This document shows positions 17,489-25,874 of a stretch of DNA of 64,000 nt, piece by piece. A program made the translations under genes and the position numbers. The first letter of the stretch is position 1; each line of letters starts with the position of its first letter. This DNA comes from Patescibacteria group bacterium (GTDB taxonomy: Bacteria > Patescibacteriota > Minisyncoccia > Phycocordibacterales > GCA-2747955). The notes beneath the pieces are model-generated. The model ran no database searches. It was not told the origin of the DNA and worked only from the letters and a program-made list of their open reading frames with translations. The stretch spans positions 397,499 through 461,498 of the forward strand of contig JBLYPV010000001.1 in NCBI GenBank assembly GCA_048538215.1, in the 5' to 3' direction.

Positions 17489-19585
17489 ATGGAATTATTT
17501 TTTTCGTATCTAGCTCTGCACACCTCCTACCTCTTTGTCTTCTCTATAGGGATCGGGCTTGGGCTTGGGGCTTCGGTGCTTGGCTATATACTCCTCCTTC
17601 GCATAAGACGCACTGGTAAAATTTCTTCTGATGAATACTCTATACTCCGCCTTGCTCGAAAAATAAGCTGGGCTGCTATTTGTATGTATGGTATTGCCGG
17701 CTTGGGGCTTTTGAGCCTTGCCTATGAATCTATGCTGGCTTTGGAGATTTTCTATGCCAGTATGACCATAGCTGGAATCTTTATTCTCAATGAACTATTA
17801 TTTTCTTGGCGCTTGATGCCTCGCATACAGCGTGCCTTGAACACAGAGCTTGATTTTGATGCTTGGTGGTCGGGTAGTCTTGCTCTTTCTATCATCTCAT
17901 GGGGATTTTTGACTCTCCACCACCTACTCTATCGCAGTGATACGGGATATTTTGCCTTTATGGCTCTCTATGTAGGGGCCATCACCCTCGCTCTTATCCT
18001 GAATAGGATTTTGTGTGCAAAAGGCCTCCGCTCGCTTGCGACTTCAATACAAAATAAAGCTATTTTTGGCTTTGCTGGACTAACACTTGCCTTGACTGGA
18101 GCTTGGTATGCAGATATCAGTATAATGAGCCATATAGAACAAGTACGGAATACTATCACCGAGTATAATGCAGAAAAAAGCTATACTCGAGATGACGTGG
18201 CAAGCCACAATGCTCCTGAAAACTGCTGGCTTATTATCGATGACAAGGTCTTTGATGCGAGCGAGGCTGCTCGACTACATCCAGCTATGTTTCACTGCGG
18301 GGAAGACGCTAGCCTTAATTATCATAAAAATCATGGGCCGAACATTCGTGACAAAATGATGCAATACTATATTGGCAATTTGCGTGAAGGTGATGAAGAA
18401 ACAAAAAAGAATGAGCCCAGCCCAACACCACATACAAGTAAGCCAATTGCGCCATTTCGTGAGCTCTATGTAGACGAAGGATCTTGGGATACTCGAGAGC
18501 TCCTCCTTGTCGTAGAGAAAGATGCAGAAAATATTTTGGCAATTGACGGATCGACACATACACGGGTAGGCCGTATACATGGAGTGGGCTATCAGCCTCA
18601 TACCTCGGTATTTTCTCAAGATGCACGCTATATGTATATTATCTCTCGTGATGGATGGCTCACTAAAATTGATTTGACTACCCTAAGCCCTGAGACAAGC
18701 GTGCAGGTGGGGATTGATTCTCGAGGGACTGCTCTCACCGATGATGATGCCTACATCGCTGTAGGCAATTATGAGCCGGGAAATCTCGTGATCCTCGATG
18801 CACACTCTATGGAGATCGTGCATACCATTGCTCTCGATCAAGAAGTAGGAGATGAGAAAATTAGCTCACGGGCTGGAGCGGTGGTGGAGCATGGCAATCT
18901 TATTATCGTCGCGCTCAAAGATGCCAATAGTGTATGGATCGTAGATACCGATCAGCCGGGCTTCCCCACAACTCACCGCTTTACCGATATTGGTGAGAAT
19001 GTGCCTGCCTTGCACGATGCCTTTCTCACCCCAGATGGAAGATACTATATAGTGGCATCTCAAGGCTCTAAGACTGCGTGGGTATTAGACCTCCATACCA
19101 TGGAAGCTATTGCAGAAATAGAGACAGGTGAGACCCCCCACACTGGACCTGGAGCTACATGGGGTAAGTATATCTATGTGCCCTCTCTTGGAGAAGGATT
19201 GATTACCGTCATTGATACTACTTCTTGGACTCCTGCGAGCTATATTAAAACGGGTGGGCCAGGGCTCTTTGTACGAAGCTACAGCAAAGATCCATCCTAC
19301 CCCTACATCTGGGCTGATACTGCCTTTGGGGATCATCACGATGAGATTTATGTCATAGATGGCAGAAGCAATAAAATTGTGAAAACCATTATCCCCGTGG
19401 AAGGTGAGAGCTCCTGGCACCCAGAATTTACCTACGATGGTAATTATGTATATGTGGTATCTCCAAGTGCTAACGAAATAGAAGTGTATGATGCGCATAC
19501 TTTTGAAATTGTGAAGCGCCTCAAGGCGGATATGCCATCGGCTATTTCAAATGTAGGGCTACGCATAGAAGAGCCGGGGCTCTAA
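17489..19585 (+). CDS. polytopic membrane domain + cytochrome b5-like heme-binding domain + YVTN/cd1-type beta-propeller fusion protein
   Basis: About 230-aa N-terminal TM region. Cyt-b5 signature HNAPENCWLIIDDKVFD.S....HPAMFHCGEDAS...HG with both axial His retained. C-terminal repeated blades (YVYVVSPSANEIEVYD...). Confidence 0.7.
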   Translation: MELFFSYLALHTSYLFVFSIGIGLGLGASVLGYILLLRIRRTGKISSDEYSILRLARKISWAAICMYGIAGLGLLSLAYESMLALEIFYASMTIAGIFILNELLFSWRLMPRIQRALNTELDFDAWWSGSLALSIISWGFLTLHHLLYRSDTGYFAFMALYVGAITLALILNRILCAKGLRSLATSIQNKAIFGFAGLTLALTGAWYADISIMSHIEQVRNTITEYNAEKSYTRDDVASHNAPENCWLIIDDKVFDASEAARLHPAMFHCGEDASLNYHKNHGPNIRDKMMQYYIGNLREGDEETKKNEPSPTPHTSKPIAPFRELYVDEGSWDTRELLLVVEKDAENILAIDGSTHTRVGRIHGVGYQPHTSVFSQDARYMYIISRDGWLTKIDLTTLSPETSVQVGIDSRGTALTDDDAYIAVGNYEPGNLVILDAHSMEIVHTIALDQEVGDEKISSRAGAVVEHGNLIIVALKDANSVWIVDTDQPGFPTTHRFTDIGENVPALHDAFLTPDGRYYIVASQGSKTAWVLDLHTMEAIAEIETGETPHTGPGATWGKYIYVPSLGEGLITVIDTTSWTPASYIKTGGPGLFVRSYSKDPSYPYIWADTAFGDHHDEIYVIDGRSNKIVKTIIPVEGESSWHPEFTYDGNYVYVVSPSANEIEVYDAHTFEIVKRLKADMPSAISNVGLRIEEPGL

Positions 19586-19600
19586 GTATATTTTGATGAA

Positions 19601-19632
19601 AAGAATCCTTAGACAAAACACTCTGTACAGAG
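19601..19632 (+). terminator. rho-independent terminator after 17489-19585
   Basis: AGACAAAACACTCTG-TACA-GAGTGTTTTGTCT. Confidence 0.6.
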
Positions 19633-19795
19633 TGTTTTGTCTACTAGCGTGCCCCCCACTAGGAATCGGTGTCAGCTCACCACAAATCGCCAAGGCTCTT
19701 TGGGTGGCTCCGCCTTTCGATTCCTGATGCGAGCAAAGCAGTTTGCTCGCTGTAGGGTGACTCAAAATAAAAAGCCGTTTGGCTTTTTATTTCTT

Positions 19796-19869
19796 GTCCC
19801 CCCACTAGGAATCGAACCTAGATCATAGGCTTAGAAGTCCCATGTTTTATCCATTAAACTATAGGGGGA
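19796..19869 (-). tRNA. tRNA-Arg (anticodon TCT)
   Basis: Reverse complement: acceptor TCCCCCT/GGGGGGA, D-stem GTTT/AAAC, anticodon arm TGGGA-CTTCTAA-GCCTA, T-arm CTAGG-TTCGATT-CCTAG. Anticodon assignment moderately confident. Confidence 0.6.
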
Positions 19870-19910
19870 TATGATGCGACCATTATACGAGTAGGAGAAA
19901 AAATCGCAAA

Positions 19911-20315
19911 TTATTTGCCTACATAGGCGAGCCAGGCTTGGTAGCCCCCCGCAAGTATTTTTACCTCTCTAAAGCCGAGCTCTTTGAGGAGGGGCACGAT
20001 CTGCGCTATATTTTTGCCATTGCGATCATAGATGAGATAGCGATTTTTGGGATTGAATGAGCCGAGCTCTGCTTCTAGGCTTGGCTCGTCTAGCGTAGTA
20101 CTGAGAGCGAAAGCCATAGAGCTGATGGTGCCTTGCTCCTGCTCTGTAGGAGTACGAAAATCAAGGAGGTGATATCCTTGGGCTTGTACTAGCCCTAGCT
20201 CCTCTGGAGATATATACTCGTATGATATATCTGCGGTATTGCTATAGACCAACAAGCCATAGAGTGATGCCCCGAGCACTACCATAACCAGACTTAATTG
20301 TTGTAAAAATTTCAT
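19911..20315 (-). CDS. secreted rhodanese-homology-domain protein, probably catalytically inactive (Asp replaces active-site Cys)
   Basis: Signal peptide; rhodanese fold motifs with LIYDRNGKN in place of the C(R/Q)xGxR loop. Confidence 0.65.
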   Translation of the reverse strand: MKFLQQLSLVMVVLGASLYGLLVYSNTADISYEYISPEELGLVQAQGYHLLDFRTPTEQEQGTISSMAFALSTTLDEPSLEAELGSFNPKNRYLIYDRNGKNIAQIVPLLKELGFREVKILAGGYQAWLAYVGK

Positions 20316-20318
20316 ATG

Positions 20319-20978
20319 CTATTGATTGATTATTGCCATTGCAAGGTGGTAGACCTGACTGATTTGCTCCTCGGGGCTTAGATGAGTAGTGTCGATAGTG
20401 ATACCTACGCTTTTGCTTGAGAGCAAATTCTCTGCATCTGCTTGATCACGCGGAAGAATGATATTGTGTAGCATTTCTTCTATTTTTATTTCGCTCGTAT
20501 CACCTGATTCTAGCGCCCGCCTACGAGCTCGCTCGTAAGGATCGGCATCGAGATAAATCTTGAGCTCTGCTTTGGGAGCAATAATAGTGCTCGCATCTCG
20601 CCCATCGAGCACATAGCCTCCTCCTTGGATGATGCGCTGGCAGGTCTTTGTGACTTTTGCTCGTACCGCACTGATACGGGCAAAGACGCTAGCTACATAT
20701 TGATTGACCTCTCGAGTGCGCAAAAGACTATCAGCAACTACCTCGCCATTGAGGGTAACCTGCCAATCGGGAGTAATACCAAGCTCGATTTCTTTGAGGG
20801 CATTTTTTAATTCATCACCATCACTGGTGATCCCCCGCTCGAGACAATACCAGGTGATAGCACGATACATTGCTCCTGAATCAATATATACATAGCCCAA
20901 GATATGGGCAACTCCACGAGCGGTGGTGCCCTTGCCACTACCAGCTGGGCCATCAATGGTGATGATGATCGGCTTCAT
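20319..20978 (-). CDS. cmk: cytidylate (CMP) kinase
   Basis: P-loop ITIDGPAGSGKGT and full-length collinearity with Cmk. Confidence 0.9.
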   Translation of the reverse strand: MKPIIITIDGPAGSGKGTTARGVAHILGYVYIDSGAMYRAITWYCLERGITSDGDELKNALKEIELGITPDWQVTLNGEVVADSLLRTREVNQYVASVFARISAVRAKVTKTCQRIIQGGGYVLDGRDASTIIAPKAELKIYLDADPYERARRRALESGDTSEIKIEEMLHNIILPRDQADAENLLSSKSVGITIDTTHLSPEEQISQVYHLAMAIINQ

Positions 20979-21037
20979 TGTGCTATTGTATCACGCTCCT
21001 TTCGGGAACACATAATTATTAGCTCTGCAAGCAAGGG

Positions 21038-21074
21038 TAGTATTTAGTGTCAGGTGCAAATAAATACTACCCTA
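21038..21074. repeat. 37-nt hairpin motif, copy 2 (copy 1 at 3657-3693)
   Basis: GTAGTATTTAGTGTCAGGTGCAAATAAATACTACCCT with a perfect 11-bp stem GGGTAGTATTT/AAATACTACCC. Lies 60 nt upstream of cmk in a divergent intergenic region. Confidence 0.6.
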
Positions 21075-21129
21075 GAGGTATTGCTCAATTACTAAAAGAT
21101 TGTAAAATAATTATAAAGGAGGATCGAAA

Positions 21130-21468
21130 ATGCATATAAATATCGGGACGATCCTGAAGGCAGCACTTGTGGCTATTTTCTTGCCCACACTTGCAAGCCC
21201 CTACGGCTCACTTACCCATTGGAAAAGTGAGAGCCCAAAGGAAGAACAAAGGGAATTTATCCTGATGGCCAATGGGCGCTCATTCTTTTGCGTGAAGGCC
21301 CAATGGGTGGAGCTCGTGGGGACTTCCTTTCAAGCTTTCATCACTCGGGATGAGATAATCATCGTGCCGAATACCCTGGTGGGGATCTCCTCTAAGCCGG
21401 GGTATTCCTTTGTCTGCTACGAAGGGAAAAAAATGATCGGCGGATTTATTCCGAAGCTTGCCGATTGA
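21130..21468 (+). CDS. hypothetical secreted protein (112 aa)
   Basis: Strong SD AAAGGAGG, signal peptide, strong terminator immediately downstream. Confidence 0.55.
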   Translation: MHINIGTILKAALVAIFLPTLASPYGSLTHWKSESPKEEQREFILMANGRSFFCVKAQWVELVGTSFQAFITRDEIIIVPNTLVGISSKPGYSFVCYEGKKMIGGFIPKLAD

Positions 21469-21476
21469 TAATCAAT

Positions 21477-21518
21477 ATGCCCGAGCGCGCTTGCGCGCTC
21501 GGGCATATTTTGATTTTG
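21477..21518 (+). terminator. rho-independent terminator
   Basis: ATGCCCGAGCGCGC-TTGC-GCGCTCGGGCAT followed by ATTTTGATTTTG. Confidence 0.7.
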
Positions 21519-21594
21519 TTGCGTTTGAGGACAAAAAATATATAATATTGCCACATACAAGATACAATTATTTTGTATGAGGTATGATTACACA

Positions 21595-21663
21595 TAGGTG
21601 ATTAGCTGGGGCTGGCTAGAGTAGTCCCCATTACAGATTAAAAATACCGGAAAGCTTTCCGGG
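21595..21663 (+). pseudogene. degenerate partial copy of tRNA-Val (5-prime two-thirds only)
   Basis: Shares GGTGATTAGCT, TGGCTAGAG, AGTCC, TTACA and CCGGAAAG blocks in order with the intact tRNA about 100 nt downstream. Lacks the T-arm and acceptor 3-prime strand. Confidence 0.45.
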
Positions 21664-21696
21664 ATATAAATGAGAGTAAGGTAGGCAATTATATAT

Positions 21697-21773
21697 GGGT
21701 GATTAGCTCAGTTGGCTAGAGCAGTCCGTTTACACCGGAAAGGTCGCAGGTTCAAGTCCTGCATCGCCCACCA
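21697..21773 (+). tRNA. tRNA-Val (anticodon TAC), CCA encoded
   Basis: Acceptor GGGTGAT/ATCGCCC, D-arm GCTC-AGTTGGCTA-GAGC, anticodon arm GTCCG-TTTACAC-CGGAA, T-arm GCAGG-TTCAAGT-CCTGC, 3-prime ACCA. Confidence 0.75.
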
Positions 21774-23313
21774 GAATTTGACTCGTTGGCTTTTGACCGA
21801 CGGATGCATGGGCGGCACGAAGTGCCGCCCATGCTGTTTGCCCTGATTTTTCCCCGTGAATGTGGTCGTCGCCTGCGGCGACGGCAAGGACTTTTCCGCC
21901 GAGGCGGAGGTTCGAGCCAAAGATTTCTTTGGCACAGACCTTTTTCACAAAAAGGTCTGCATCAGAAGCGATTGCGTCAAGACGTGAAGCGGCTTTTAGC
22001 CACTCTTGGAGCAGTTCGAGCCAATCTTCTGCCCTGCGTGAAAGAGAAGATATTTCTTCCTCAAGCGACTTCTTTTCGGAGAGCAGTTTGGCTTTCTCTT
22101 GACGATACGTAACGCGCTCAATATCCTGCTCTAAATAGCCGTCAAGAAGTCGCTGGAGTTTTTGCGAAATGGTTTGTATCTTTGCTTCTTTCTCTTTCAT
22201 GCGGGCAGACACCGACTGGGCGGAGTTCTTGTACTCGGCGATTGCCATGCGGTTCAGCTCCTCCGCCCAGTCGGTGGGCAAAGAAACTGATGTGATGAGT
22301 GATGATAACTGGCGATTCAATACTTTTTCTCGAACGGCAGACTCGGGACACTTCATGTCCTTTCGCTTCTTGGTGCAACGATAGTATGTGTACTCATGGA
22401 CATTGCCATTTTTCTGCCGTTTGAATTTATGCTCGCCAGTTATCATCATGCCGCAAGAAGCGCAGGAAATGAGTCCGCAAAACGGTTGCGGTTCGTTTTT
22501 GGACTTGCGGTCGGGTTGCCCACGACGCTTCAAAACTTCCTGCACTTCATCAAACAGTTTCTTTGCAATGATTGGCTCGTGCGCTCCTTCGTGTATCTCG
22601 CCAGCATATTTGAACAAACCAACATAGAACGGATTGGAGAGGATAAAAGCCGCTCGCGTCTTGGAGATTCTCTTTCCAGAACGCGTAGTGATATTGTGCT
22701 TCGCCAAAAAGATAGCCACATCTTCCAGCCGCATATCACCTTGTGCGTATTTCTCGAAAGCCAAGCGAATGACACGAGCAGATTTCTTTTCAACAACGAT
22801 GGTTTTTGTACGTGGGTCGTTTAAGTATCCGATTGGCGCTTGGCTTGGAAAGATACCCATACGGACTTTTTGGCGAAGTCCCCTTTTCGTGTTTTCGGAA
22901 AGAGAATCGACATAATATTTGCTTTGGACAAATGCCATCGACAACGTAAATTTTCCTTGCGGAGTATTTTCAAACCAGTGCGATGGGAATTTGAGGCTCG
23001 CAAGAGTACCGATGTCTAAAAAGTACACGATTTGTCCGCCGTCCACGGAATTGCGCGCAAGGCGATCGGGGTGCCAAGAAATGATGCCGTCTGCTTCACC
23101 ATTTTCTATTCGCCGCATCATTTCGCCAAAAATGGGACGGCCTGGAACTTTGGCGGTCTGTTTCTCCACAAACTCATCAACAATATGCAAACCTTCATTT
23201 TTGGCGAAAGTACGCAATTCCGTGACTTGAGCATCAATACTCAAGACTTGTTTGTCTTCAACATCGGTGCTCTTGCGAGCATACAAAAAGAATTTTTGCG
23301 GTGGCATAAGCAT
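21730..23313 (-). CDS. large serine recombinase (resolvase/invertase N-domain + recombinase domain + zinc ribbon + coiled-coil)
   Basis: N-terminal YARKST..DKQVLSIDAQ with catalytic Ser, zinc-ribbon CGLISCASCG...YYRCTKK, long coiled-coil. GC about 50 percent with GC3-rich codons unlike neighbours. The last ~60 codons read through IR1a and into tRNA-Val, so the functional C-terminus probably lies near 21916. Confidence 0.85.
   Translation of the reverse strand: MLMPPQKFFLYARKSTDVEDKQVLSIDAQVTELRTFAKNEGLHIVDEFVEKQTAKVPGRPIFGEMMRRIENGEADGIISWHPDRLARNSVDGGQIVYFLDIGTLASLKFPSHWFENTPQGKFTLSMAFVQSKYYVDSLSENTKRGLRQKVRMGIFPSQAPIGYLNDPRTKTIVVEKKSARVIRLAFEKYAQGDMRLEDVAIFLAKHNITTRSGKRISKTRAAFILSNPFYVGLFKYAGEIHEGAHEPIIAKKLFDEVQEVLKRRGQPDRKSKNEPQPFCGLISCASCGMMITGEHKFKRQKNGNVHEYTYYRCTKKRKDMKCPESAVREKVLNRQLSSLITSVSLPTDWAEELNRMAIAEYKNSAQSVSARMKEKEAKIQTISQKLQRLLDGYLEQDIERVTYRQEKAKLLSEKKSLEEEISSLSRRAEDWLELLQEWLKAASRLDAIASDADLFVKKVCAKEIFGSNLRLGGKVLAVAAGDDHIHGEKSGQTAWAALRAAHASVGQKPTSQILVGDAGLEPATFPV
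21769..21915. repeat. IR1a: 147-bp GC-rich inverted repeat (left copy), begins inside the last 5 nt (CACCA) of tRNA-Val
   Basis: Reverse complement is base-for-base identical to 23504-23650 by my manual alignment. Confidence 0.9.
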
Positions 23314-23503
23314 TAAAAGTTAGATTGCTAAACGGCTACTCAAAAAGCCGCCTTGGTGCAATCAATCTAGGCGAACCTAAACTGTCCAAGACGGCTTTTC
23401 GAGCCCGAACATTAAAAACCGCCCAGATTGATTGCAATACTATTGTAGCAAAAATACTTTTTGTATCCAAAGCAAATACTATGAACGCAATCGTCTTCTG
23501 ATG

Positions 23504-23650
23504 TCGAACCTCCGCCTCGGCGGAAAAGTCCTTGCCGTCGCCGCAGGCGACGACCACATTCACGGGGAAAAATCAGGGCAAACAGCATGGGCGGCACTTC
23601 GTGCCGCCCATGCATCCGTCGGTCAAAAGCCAACGAGTCAAATTCTGGTG
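23504..23650. repeat. IR1b: 147-bp inverted repeat (right copy)
   Basis: Perfect inverted match to 21769-21915. Overlaps IR2a by 3 nt. Confidence 0.9.
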
Positions 23651-23879
23651 TCTCTATTGTACCAAGCTCGAACTCATTTTGAACAGAACACCCGCCACGC
23701 GCCGCGCGCGTGGTGATGCAATGCCAAGTCGTACGCATTGGAGTACGCCTCGGCCCCGCCTTCACTCCGTTCCGGCGGGCGCACGCCCAAAATTTCCTTG
23801 CCACTTTTTACGGCTCCTCCCCACACCCCTCCGCCGCGAAGCGGAAAACAGAAAGGAAATTTTGGGGTGCGACGGCGCT
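23648..23879. repeat. IR2a: 232-bp GC-rich inverted repeat (left copy)
   Basis: Inverted match to 25638-25874 apart from one 5-bp indel (AAGGA). Contains palindromes CCACGCGCCGCGCGCGTGG and CGTCGCCGCAGGCGACG. Confidence 0.9.
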
Positions 23880-23977
23880 ACCTTCAAACATGGTGTGGAT
23901 AAGACAAGTGAGAAAATATGCTATTCTTAAAGTCAAAGGTCGTCAGCACATTTATTCAAAATTAATTCTTCAAACTT

Positions 23978-25030
23978 ATGATTAACTTTATATCATTGAA
24001 CCGTAAAGAAATCTTTGTCGGTTTTGTAGTTGCTATTATTTTAGCAATAGCTAGTATTACTTTTGTTTTTGCACAGAGTGCAACCGCGGAGACATCTGCG
24101 CGAGCAAAAGTGGAATTTAATCATCCAGTCTCATTATCTGAATTTGCTACGCTTGTTAAGCAAAACGGAATAATACCAACCGAGTTGCATTATACACAAG
24201 GTGAAATTCAGGGAGGGTACACAGTAGAATTAGGTAAGAGTATTGATGAGGCTCTGGAAGATTTTGCTGAAAAACATGAAACATTCCTTGCACTAGCAAT
24301 TTCGAAGACGGAACAACAAATTAGGGAGGAAAAGGATGAGACCATAAGGCAACGCGCATTAGCATCACTAGAACAGTTGCGTAATGCGAAAATCAAAAAC
24401 GATAACGATGGCTTGAAAATTGATGCGATTGAAACAAATGATAAACAATCCCTCAAAGCATTAGAGCAAACCGATCTTATCAAACAAATAGTGCCTCTGC
24501 AAAAAATAAGCCATAAGATTGGAGCACGAGTAACCAAAGCGTTAGACTCTGCCAAAAGAGCACTGATAGATGTTGTCTATGCAGGTGAATCTTGGGCGCC
24601 GTACGGTGGAGGATCTGATGTACAATACACCTATACTTACCAGACATTTTACTTCGATTACATAGGTGATTACGACAGCGATGACACCTATGAACACGAA
24701 ACGCAGGTGTATGACAACGACTTCGCCGATTATGATAATTACTGGAGTAGTAATATGCCCAATGCGTACAAGGACACTCAATTCCTTGATGATATTGACA
24801 ACTTCACAGTTGGAACATTCACCGCGTCATCGTTGAGCACATACTATCAGTACTACACCTACATGGCTCTTGAACATGAAACAGCAAACAGCGCGACTGT
24901 AAGAATTAAGGGACAAAAAGGTCATCGTTATCCCAGTTGGTGCTACTCGACATGGTGTGTATTCGCTGACGCAACCACAGGCTCAATGGCTGTATTCACA
25001 GCACCGGCGGGCATGAGTTGGCAATACTAA
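23978..25030 (+). CDS. hypothetical secreted/membrane-anchored protein, coiled-coil middle, Tyr/Asp-rich C-terminal domain (cargo gene)
   Basis: N-terminal TM/signal segment. No family recognised. A-T hairpin ACACAAAAAAA...TTTTTTTGTGT downstream. Confidence 0.6.
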   Translation: MINFISLNRKEIFVGFVVAIILAIASITFVFAQSATAETSARAKVEFNHPVSLSEFATLVKQNGIIPTELHYTQGEIQGGYTVELGKSIDEALEDFAEKHETFLALAISKTEQQIREEKDETIRQRALASLEQLRNAKIKNDNDGLKIDAIETNDKQSLKALEQTDLIKQIVPLQKISHKIGARVTKALDSAKRALIDVVYAGESWAPYGGGSDVQYTYTYQTFYFDYIGDYDSDDTYEHETQVYDNDFADYDNYWSSNMPNAYKDTQFLDDIDNFTVGTFTASSLSTYYQYYTYMALEHETANSATVRIKGQKGHRYPSWCYSTWCVFADATTGSMAVFTAPAGMSWQY

Positions 25031-25085
25031 ATTTTACTAGCTTCAAAACACAAAAAAATCGCTTAGCGGTTTTTTTGTGTTCGTT

Positions 25086-25114
25086 TTGTCTTAATTTGTT
25101 TAGACTGTTATAAT
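25086..25114 (+). promoter_or_regulatory. sigma70-type promoter TTGTCT-N17-TGtTATAAT driving a leaderless transcript of ORF 25121
   Basis: -35 at 25086-25091, extended -10 at 25106-25114. ATG begins 6 nt after the -10, with no SD possible. Confidence 0.45.
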
Positions 25115-25120
25115 TTACAT

Positions 25121-25345
25121 ATGATAGTTATTTTACGCTCCATTGGAGTACTGTTTATTCTATGTCCATTTTTTTTATATTGGCTAATTCACGGCGATTA
25201 CAATCGTTATTTATGGATTATAAACGGTCCTTTTCCATTCAGCCATTTCGGGAGCGGTCCTTTTCAACTTTCTGTTTTTGGTGGATTATTTTTAGTTGGC
25301 ATTTTATTTATAATAGGCTCCTTTTTTGTAAAAACTAAAAAGTGA
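25121..25345 (+). CDS. small 2-TM membrane protein (74 aa), cargo gene
   Basis: Two hydrophobic helices, basic C-terminus. Position after a secreted protein resembles immunity-protein arrangements (speculative). Confidence 0.5.
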   Translation: MIVILRSIGVLFILCPFFLYWLIHGDYNRYLWIINGPFPFSHFGSGPFQLSVFGGLFLVGILFIIGSFFVKTKK

Positions 25346-25637
25346 TTATTAATAGCATATTGTGGATAGCAACTTAGAGTGTTTACGAATGTATGGTTTT
25401 TACGAAACGCAAATTTTTTGAATGCCGTGGACTTGACCGAAACCACCAAGCGAACACGCGCAACACCGAGCAGGCCACACGAACGAATGTGAGCGGCCAG
25501 TGCGAGGTGCTTGCGAAGTGTGAGCGGACACAGAATTACCACACGCTCTCGCTATGCGAGCCTCGGCACGGCGCAAAGGACAAAGAAAGCGAAGCTTGGG
25601 AATTGTTAATGACCTTGCGGAGCTTTTGGAGGACTGA

Positions 25638-25874
25638 AGCGCCGTCGCACCCCAAAATTTCCTTTCCTTTCTGTTTTCCGCTTCGCGGCGGAGGGGTGTG
25701 GGGAGGAGCCGTAAAAAGTGGCAAGGAAATTTTGGGCGTGCGCCCGCCGGAACGGAGTGAAGGCGGGGCCGAGGCGTACTCCAATGCGTACGACTTGGCA
25801 TTGCATCACCACGCGCGCGGCGCGTGGCGGGTGTTCTGTTCAAAATGAGTTCGAGCTTGGTACAATAGAGACAC
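25638..25874. repeat. IR2b: 237-bp inverted repeat (right copy)
   Basis: Reverse complement aligns to 23648-23879. Confidence 0.9.

Larger units (their letters stand above)
21769..25874. mobile_element. about 4.1 kb recombinase-associated element abutting tRNA-Val: IR1-recombinase-IR1/IR2-cargo-IR2
   Basis: Nested or adjacent long inverted repeats, foreign-composition recombinase, AT-rich cargo, tRNA adjacency. Its nature (invertible switch versus mobile element) is unresolved. Confidence 0.5.

Noticed and set aside
21776-21935. Treating the recombinase C-terminal 60 aa (…NLRLGGKVLAVAAGDDHIHGEKSGQTAWAALRAAHASVGQKPTSQILV…) as genuine protein sequence
   Set aside because: This stretch is encoded by the IR and by tRNA-Val, and the same peptide appears from the other IR copy on the opposite strand. 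It most likely reflects read-through of a non-coding repeat rather than a functional domain.
23412-23930. ORFs of 90-130 aa over the GC-rich repeats (23412-23804 minus; 23432-23716, 23532-23930 and 23710-23985 plus; mirrored at 25400-25927)
   Set aside because: They are Arg/Ala/Pro-rich, overlap on several frames and both strands, and recur identically in each repeat copy. They are by-products of GC-rich non-coding repeats, not genes.
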